DNA of 64,000 nt from Kiritimatiellota bacterium (GTDB taxonomy: Bacteria; Verrucomicrobiota; Kiritimatiellia; JAAZAB01). A program made the position numbers and the translations under genes. Each line of letters opens with the position of its first letter. Within the stretch, counting starts at the first letter, position 1. This document shows, piece by piece, positions 57,738-64,000 of the stretch. The notes below the pieces were generated by a model. It saw nothing but the letters and a program-made list of their open reading frames with translations, made no database searches and had not been told where the DNA came from. Location: positions 17,826-81,825 of the forward strand of contig JAPLSY010000087.1 of NCBI GenBank assembly GCA_026398415.1, read 5' to 3'.

Positions 57738-59228
57738 ATGCGCATTGCCGTCGTCTCTGATATCCACGCCAATCTGCAAGCCTGGAATGCGGTCTGGCTG
57801 GATATCCGCAGTATGGCTGTGGACCAAGTGGTGAGCCTGGGCGACGCCATCGGCTACGGCCCGAACCCGGCTGAGGTTCTCGAAGCGCTCTATACCTCGG
57901 TGGATTATTTCGTGCTCGGCAACCACGATGCCGCCATTTGCGGCAAGATTGACCCGGCGCTGTTCAGCAACACGGCCCGCGTCCTGATAGGCTGGACGGC
58001 AGACCACCTGGGACCCCGCGCGATTCAAGAGTTGAACACTTGGCCATTGACGCTTGCCGGCCCGAATTTCCGATGCGCGCACGGTGAATTCGGCAATCCC
58101 GAATACTTCCACTATGTCTTTGATCCCGCCGAAACCGAGCCCAGCTGGCAGGCCGTGCCGGAGCCCCTGCTGTTCATCGGGCACACTCACCAGCCCTGTC
58201 TTTATGTCATCGGCGCCAGTCTCACACCCCACGCGTTAAGCCCGCAGGATTTTATGCTCGAACCTGGCAAGCGTTACCTGGTCAACACCGGATCTGTGGG
58301 CTATTCCCGCGATGGTGATCCGCGGGCCAGTTATTGCATTTACGACACCGTGGAGGGTTCGGTGTACTGGCGTCGCATTCCTTTCGATCTCGATGCTTAT
58401 CGCGTCGCGCTGAATGGCGCGGGGCTCCCCATTGAGGCCACCGCCCTGCTCGAGTCCGATCCGCGCAAGGACCGACCGCCCCTGAGGGAACTGATTACAT
58501 TCCACCCACCCGATCGTCCGGAGCAAGCGGTTAAAAACACCATCGAGGTTCAGCATGTTGACGCACTGCGCCGGCGTGTGCGGCGTTGGCAACTGCTGGC
58601 CGCGGGAGCGTTGACATTCCTGACAGCGCTGCTGGCCACCGCTGGCGTGCTGGGCTGGCGTTATGCGCACCGTGAATTGGATATCGTCGGCGCGACTTTG
58701 TCCGCCCGCACCCCGGATTCAGAGCCCGACAACAATCTGCTGGTTTTCCCCGAAGCCCCCGTGCCTGCTTATCAACCGGTCCCAGGCTGGCACATTCACT
58801 TGGGCAACCGCTACCGCCAGATGGTGGCTTGGGACTTGGCGGACGGACGGCCCGGATGGAATTTACAGTCAAGCAGGGCAAACGAACTGTGGATTGCCTC
58901 GCCCTTGATTTCGGTGGCGCCGGACATGAAATTCACCCTGCAAGGCCGCGTCTGGAAGAGTTCCGATTTCAAGGGATCCCTCGCCGTCGTCGTCTCGCTC
59001 GTGCGGCGCATCGAAATCGGACCCGAGACCTCGGGACGCCCCGAGGTAATCGAACGCTTCGTGGTTAAAGAACCCACCCGCGTCCGGACCGATGGATGGT
59101 CGCTGATCAAGCAGACGTTCGAAATTCCCGCCCGCGCCGAGGCGATCAGCGTCCAAATCCGCGGCCGCTTTCAAGGCGCCGCGTCCCTGTGCGACCTCAG
59201 CCTGGAACGGAAGAACAGTAATCAATGA
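57738..59228 (+). CDS. Metallophosphoesterase with TM helix and C-terminal CBM-like domain
   Basis: SDIHAN, LGD.IGYG, GNHD, HG, GHTH and NTGSVG motifs; TM LLAAGALTFLTALLATAGVLGW. Confidence 0.88.
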   Translation: MRIAVVSDIHANLQAWNAVWLDIRSMAVDQVVSLGDAIGYGPNPAEVLEALYTSVDYFVLGNHDAAICGKIDPALFSNTARVLIGWTADHLGPRAIQELNTWPLTLAGPNFRCAHGEFGNPEYFHYVFDPAETEPSWQAVPEPLLFIGHTHQPCLYVIGASLTPHALSPQDFMLEPGKRYLVNTGSVGYSRDGDPRASYCIYDTVEGSVYWRRIPFDLDAYRVALNGAGLPIEATALLESDPRKDRPPLRELITFHPPDRPEQAVKNTIEVQHVDALRRRVRRWQLLAAGALTFLTALLATAGVLGWRYAHRELDIVGATLSARTPDSEPDNNLLVFPEAPVPAYQPVPGWHIHLGNRYRQMVAWDLADGRPGWNLQSSRANELWIASPLISVAPDMKFTLQGRVWKSSDFKGSLAVVVSLVRRIEIGPETSGRPEVIERFVVKEPTRVRTDGWSLIKQTFEIPARAEAISVQIRGRFQGAASLCDLSLERKNSNQ

Positions 59229-59251
59229 TTAGTGATCAGCGAAGAAGTCCG
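59187..59251 (+). repeat. Direct repeat copy 1 (overlaps the 3' end of the phosphoesterase gene)
   Basis: 54 of 58 aligned nt identical to 62652-62709, plus one 7-nt indel. Confidence 0.88.
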
Positions 59252-59436
59252 GCACCCTGGGCAAGCACTTTCGCTGATAAATAAATTATCTGGACAAGCA
59301 ACAGAAAAACAAGAAAATGACAATCAAGAACAATGCTATTTTGGCACGTGTAGTATAATTGTTTCCAAACTGGCCAGGCTCCGCCCAGGCGAGCGCCATT
59401 GTTCGAAAAACAAAAGCGAAGGAAAGGTGAACGGCA

Positions 59437-61152
59437 ATGAAAAAAGTCCTTTTCATGATCTTTGGGATCTTTGTTCTTGCAGCGGCTTTTGCCGCAGAGG
59501 AAAAATGGATATACGTGATTGATGACAAAGGATTGGCCAAAGGCATCGTCGGTTGGACGGGGGCACAGACTTCAAATGAGGCCACCGCGGAAGGCCTGAG
59601 GATCATGGATCCGTCTACGAATAAAGGCAGCGGACGCCTTTACTCTGTCAACTGGAATATTGATCCGGCGGCCGGCGCCATTGTTGAAGCCGGCATGAAA
59701 ACCATTAGTTGTTCCGGCGAGTCCGGTAATTGTTTAGGCGTTTCGGACGGAGTCCATGGAGGTTCTTTCACGTTTTTCCCCAATCGAATTGTGTTCTCCA
59801 GGCCTTCGGCCGAAGTTTCCTTCCAGACCGACGACGCGTTTCACACTTATCGCATCGAAATAAAAGGCGAAGATATAAAATTCCTTGCGGACGGAACACT
59901 CCTTTGGGATGGGAAAGGCCAGTTTAGCCAACCGGTCGCTGACAACGGCAACAGTGTGTATTTTGGCTCCGGTTCTTCGGCCGCCACAGGCGAAGCCATA
60001 TGGAAATTTGTTCGTTTTAAAATTTCAGGTACTGCCAAGGAAGAAAAGGTTGTAATTCCAGAAGCCCCGGACCTGGAAATCAGTCTGGGCAAGATGGTAA
60101 CCATCGTTCCCTCTGATGCGTCGGAATTCATTTCTTTCTTCCGCTATAAAGACGGCCGAATGGTGGTCTCCGGCAACTGGTCGGAAGATGGAGGGAACAC
60201 CTGGAACAAACGAAATCAGTCCAGTCCGGGAATTAGCGCCGTAGAGCTTCCTGACGGAACGATTATCCAGCCGGGTTGGACAGCCAATTATGTATCCCCT
60301 GGCGTATACGAAGCTGACCTTGCCACATGGACGCCTGACGGGAAACTTTCGCAGGAAAAAGCCAAAGCCTTTATTCCCGATGGTGCCGGGGGGGTTAAAG
60401 ATGATGCCGGGGTTTATCATAAATCGACAGGTGTTTTTGACCATGGCACCGTCCAGCTTTCCGATGGCAGCCTATTATCCGTCATATACGGTAATTTTAA
60501 GGATGACAAGGTCCAGATTCCTACCTATGACTTTACAATATACAAAACTCGCGTATGGGTAATGCATTCAACGGACAAAGGCAAGACTTGGAATTATCTT
60601 GCCACGGTTGCCTATGATCCGGAAATCGGATTGGAAAGTTTCTGTGAACCGGGATTACTCCAACTCCCGGACAAGGATATTCTCTGTTTTATGCGTACCG
60701 GCGGCAAGGGCTGGGCTGGGGCCAAATACACACCTTTATATCTGTCGCGTTCCAAGGATGAAGGCAAAAGCTGGTCAAAACCCGTTCCCATTGCTGATTT
60801 TGGAGTGTATCCCAATGCGGCGCGCGCTGCAAATGGCGTTTTAGCCGTGGTTTACGGGCGGCCACATCACGAGGTTGCTTTCAGTGCAGACAACGGCAAG
60901 ACATGGCAGGGCCATTTTAAATTCAGCGGTGGGGGTGGTAGTTTCTATGATTTTATTGCCGCCGTGGACAAAGATACCTTTCTCGTGATTTACCCCAGGA
61001 AAGGAAGATTAGACGTTGAACAAGGAAAAATCGTAGACGATGCGGTTGGGAGATTTATCACGGTAAAGCCGAAAGTAAAACCATCCAACTGTCCCGTGGT
61101 GCGTGCTTTTCAAAGTTTCCGTAATTTTGTGCGAGCAAAGTTGCATTTTTGA
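59437..61152 (+). CDS. Secreted sialidase-family (BNR/Asp-box) protein with N-terminal lectin-like domain
   Basis: Signal peptide; Asp-boxes SEDGGNTW, STDKGKTW, SKDEGKSW, SADNGKTW; paralog of 5199-7142. Confidence 0.82.
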   Translation: MKKVLFMIFGIFVLAAAFAAEEKWIYVIDDKGLAKGIVGWTGAQTSNEATAEGLRIMDPSTNKGSGRLYSVNWNIDPAAGAIVEAGMKTISCSGESGNCLGVSDGVHGGSFTFFPNRIVFSRPSAEVSFQTDDAFHTYRIEIKGEDIKFLADGTLLWDGKGQFSQPVADNGNSVYFGSGSSAATGEAIWKFVRFKISGTAKEEKVVIPEAPDLEISLGKMVTIVPSDASEFISFFRYKDGRMVVSGNWSEDGGNTWNKRNQSSPGISAVELPDGTIIQPGWTANYVSPGVYEADLATWTPDGKLSQEKAKAFIPDGAGGVKDDAGVYHKSTGVFDHGTVQLSDGSLLSVIYGNFKDDKVQIPTYDFTIYKTRVWVMHSTDKGKTWNYLATVAYDPEIGLESFCEPGLLQLPDKDILCFMRTGGKGWAGAKYTPLYLSRSKDEGKSWSKPVPIADFGVYPNAARAANGVLAVVYGRPHHEVAFSADNGKTWQGHFKFSGGGGSFYDFIAAVDKDTFLVIYPRKGRLDVEQGKIVDDAVGRFITVKPKVKPSNCPVVRAFQSFRNFVRAKLHF

Positions 61153-61194
61153 ACTGGAATGGTAATTTAGGACAACGATGGACATCTTGACAAA

Positions 61195-62592
61195 GTGAGA
61201 CGCACTACGAAAACTCAATACTTGCAACGGATGTTGATTGGATTTGGGCTGGCGATGGCCTTGGCCGTGCCCTGGGCATCGGCGACGAATTATTACGTAG
61301 TGGCGTCGAGCCAGCAACCGTCGCCGACATGGCCCTGGACCAATTGGGCATGGGCCCATACCAACCTGATCGAAGTCGTTGCCGGCGCCCGCGACACCGA
61401 CGTAGTGTATGTGACCAACAACGCCACCTATTGGCTCACGAATAAAATAACCGTCAGCTACGCCATGACGGTGCGGAGTTGGGGGCCGGGCGGGATCCTG
61501 GACCCGACCAACACGATCCTGAGCGGCAGATATCCCAGTGCAATCAACCGGCATTTTACGCTTAACAATGCCGGGGCCACCGTGGCGGGATTTACGCTCA
61601 CAAAGGGGTACGAGAGTTCCGGCGGGTCAATTTATTTGCAGAATGGAATGGTGACGAACTGCATAATCGTGAGCAACGTTGCCTATTCCTCTTCCGGAGG
61701 TGGTGTGCATATGCTAACCGGTACTGGAGGCGTGTGGAATTGCACAATTAGAGGCAACATAGCATCAAACACTTCGGGGTCGGGCGGAGGGCTTTGGACC
61801 CAGTCCGGGGGACCGTGGTGGATTGCAAATTGTACAATCTCCGCCAATTCTACTGGATACGGTTGTGAAGGCGGGGCGATCACGGCCGTTGCCGCGTCTA
61901 CGATTATCAGCAATTGCTGGATTGTATCCAATGTAGGATCATGGAGCGCCGGCGGAATACGTCTGGCGGCCGGTGCGGCATGCTATAATTCCTTTATCAT
62001 GGGCAATTCAGCGGAATGTTATCCCGGCGCAGGTTTTGGTTTTGGGGGTGGCTTGCGTATGATCGGTGACGGTGCCTTGATCAGAAATTGTTTAATTATT
62101 AACAATCATTCGTCTAGTCATGGTGGTGGAATCAAAGGTGATTGGAGTCTTAAAATTCAAAACTGTACGATTGCCAGCAACGTAGCTGTAGGAAGCGGAG
62201 GCGGATACGCTTACGAACAAAGCGTTGGTTCCCCGGCAATTGAAAACACAATAATATGGGGCAATAGCGGAAGCGGAATTTATTCTAATTTGTACATAAC
62301 TGTGGGTACAAATACATTTACCAACTGCTGCACCTCGCCGAGAATTGTCGTCAATTCTTATGTCAGCGATGTGGTCAATACCATCACCAACGATCCGCGG
62401 TATGTGAATATCGCAACGGGCGATTTCCGATTGCAATCGGATTCGCCTTGTATCAATGCCGGGGTAAATCGGGAGTGGATGGATGGTACGCTGGATTATT
62501 ACGGCAATCGGCGTATTGATACTTTCCGCAAAATCGTCGATATCGGCGCCTACGAGTATCTCTGTCCCGGCACAGTGTTCATCGGCCATTAA
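61195..62592 (+). CDS. Secreted right-handed parallel beta-helix protein with choice-of-anchor Q-like C-terminus
   Basis: NCxIxxN repeats; SPCINAG...DIGAYEY; close paralog of 9803-11230. Confidence 0.82.
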   Translation: MRRTTKTQYLQRMLIGFGLAMALAVPWASATNYYVVASSQQPSPTWPWTNWAWAHTNLIEVVAGARDTDVVYVTNNATYWLTNKITVSYAMTVRSWGPGGILDPTNTILSGRYPSAINRHFTLNNAGATVAGFTLTKGYESSGGSIYLQNGMVTNCIIVSNVAYSSSGGGVHMLTGTGGVWNCTIRGNIASNTSGSGGGLWTQSGGPWWIANCTISANSTGYGCEGGAITAVAASTIISNCWIVSNVGSWSAGGIRLAAGAACYNSFIMGNSAECYPGAGFGFGGGLRMIGDGALIRNCLIINNHSSSHGGGIKGDWSLKIQNCTIASNVAVGSGGGYAYEQSVGSPAIENTIIWGNSGSGIYSNLYITVGTNTFTNCCTSPRIVVNSYVSDVVNTITNDPRYVNIATGDFRLQSDSPCINAGVNREWMDGTLDYYGNRRIDTFRKIVDIGAYEYLCPGTVFIGH

Positions 62593-62651
62593 GAAATAGA
62601 CGCCATTCGTATTATCGGCAAGTGGAACTTCACATTCTGCCTTTCGGTCAT

Positions 62652-62709
62652 CTGTGCGACCTCAGCCTGAAACAGAAGAACAGTAATCAGTGATCAGTGC
62701 AGAAGTCCG
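62652..62709 (+). repeat. Direct repeat copy 2
   Basis: CTGTGCGACCTCAGCCTGAAACAGAAGAACAGTAATCAGTGATCAGTGCAGAAGTCCG matches 59187-59251. Confidence 0.88.
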
Positions 62710-62725
62710 ATGTCCGTTGTCTGTC

Positions 62726-63967
62726 TTATTGCACGCCGCGGGAAATCATGGCCTGGACAATCTTTTCCAGGGCGATGCAATAGGCCGCCTGGCGGAAGGA
62801 CACTTTCTTGGCGCCGGCCATTTCCTTGACACCGGCATAGGCCTTGCGCAAACGGTTGAAGAGCCGGGTATTGACGTCCTCTTCCTCCCAATAAAACCCC
62901 TCGCGGTTTTGTACCCACTCGAAGTAGGACACGATCACGCCACCGGCATTGGCCAGAATGTCAGGCACCAGCACAATTTTGTGGGATGCCAAAATCTTGT
63001 CGGCCTCCGGCGTGGTGGGCCCGTTGGCGCCCTCAACGATCAGCTTGGCCTTGACGCCCGCCGCATTCTCCGCCGTGATCGTGTTTTCCTTGGCACAGGG
63101 CAAGAAAACATCACACGGATAGGAAACAATATTATCCGCCAGCGGCTTGCCGCCGGGGAAGCCTTCAATAACACCGGCCTGATCGCGGTGTTTAAGCAGT
63201 TCGCGCACGTTCAATCCTTCGGGATTGCAAGTTCCACCCGTGATATCCTGAATGGCGACGACCTTGAGACCACGCTCAAAACAATCCATGGCCGCATGTG
63301 CACCCACGTTGCCGAATCCTTGTACGGCCACCGTGTAATTTTCCAAGCCGACATCCTTAACCGCCTCCAGCATGGTGCAGACCACGCCACGGCCGGTAGC
63401 TTCCTTGCGGCCCAGCGAGCCGCCCAAGGCGATCGGCTTGCCGGTGACTACGCCGCGGGCAACGTCGCGATATTTGCGATATTCGTCATAAATCCAAGCC
63501 ATTTCCCGGGCGCCGGTACCCATGTCGGGCGCGGGAATATCGATGTTGGGCCCAATGTCATTTACCAGGCGGGAGGTATATTTGCGCACCAGCCGTTCCA
63601 GTTCCGTGATCGAAAGGGTTTTTGGGTCCACCGTAATCCCGCCCTTGGCCCCGCCGTAGGGGATGCCGACCAGGGCGGTTTTCAACGTCATCCACAGGGC
63701 CAACGCTTTGACTTCATCCAAGTCCACGTCGGGATGGAACCGGATACCACCCTTGTAACAGCCCAGCACATCGCTGTGCTGGATGCGATAACAGTTAAAC
63801 ACCTTCAGGCCGCCGCGGTCGAGTTGGACCGAGGCCCGGAACATAATCACCTTATCCGGAATGCGCAGACGTTCCATGATTTCCTGCCCTGGGAACCGCT
63901 TGCTGAAGTTCAGGATATCGGCCGTTTTCTGCACTAGACCGATCGCATTCTCCAAGACATTTGCCAT
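62726..63967 (-). CDS. gdhA: Glu/Leu/Phe/Val dehydrogenase (glutamate dehydrogenase)
   Basis: KGGIRFHP, GGAKGG, DIPAPDMGT, ATGRGV, QGFGNVG and EGANGP motifs. Confidence 0.93.
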   Translation of the reverse strand: MANVLENAIGLVQKTADILNFSKRFPGQEIMERLRIPDKVIMFRASVQLDRGGLKVFNCYRIQHSDVLGCYKGGIRFHPDVDLDEVKALALWMTLKTALVGIPYGGAKGGITVDPKTLSITELERLVRKYTSRLVNDIGPNIDIPAPDMGTGAREMAWIYDEYRKYRDVARGVVTGKPIALGGSLGRKEATGRGVVCTMLEAVKDVGLENYTVAVQGFGNVGAHAAMDCFERGLKVVAIQDITGGTCNPEGLNVRELLKHRDQAGVIEGFPGGKPLADNIVSYPCDVFLPCAKENTITAENAAGVKAKLIVEGANGPTTPEADKILASHKIVLVPDILANAGGVIVSYFEWVQNREGFYWEEEDVNTRLFNRLRKAYAGVKEMAGAKKVSFRQAAYCIALEKIVQAMISRGVQ

Positions 63968-64000
63968 GACACGCTCCTTTTGCTTTTCTTATTTATATCG

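Overview
Bacterial chromosomal window of moderately high GC. Gene content suggests a PVC-superphylum organism (Kiritimatiellota/Lentisphaerota-like); this is an inference. In order it holds: a glycan-degradation block (1-11.2 kb: GHL10-like lipoproteins, DUF4838, sialidase-like protein, beta-helix protein); mscL; an uncharacterised four-gene zinc-ribbon/membrane locus with a toxin-like 1269-aa protein (11.8-18.6 kb); a frameshifted beta-helix/FG-GAP gene; a GIY-YIG gene and tRNA-Ala(CGC) surrounded by mini-hairpin repeats; the core uppS-cdsA-dxr-rseP-ispG cluster; a ddl-like/ddl-like/GNAT/kamA operon with tandem NrdR-box-like sites; a proline racemase/OCD/YbaK cluster; gcvH, DUF711, ACT and lipB; a peptide ABC transporter; larA; a stand-alone GMP-synthase B subunit; a sialidase+beta-helix cassette flanked by a ~60-bp direct repeat; and gdhA. 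I saw no CRISPR array, rRNA, integrase or transposase. All calls come from reading motifs by eye, and no database was searched.
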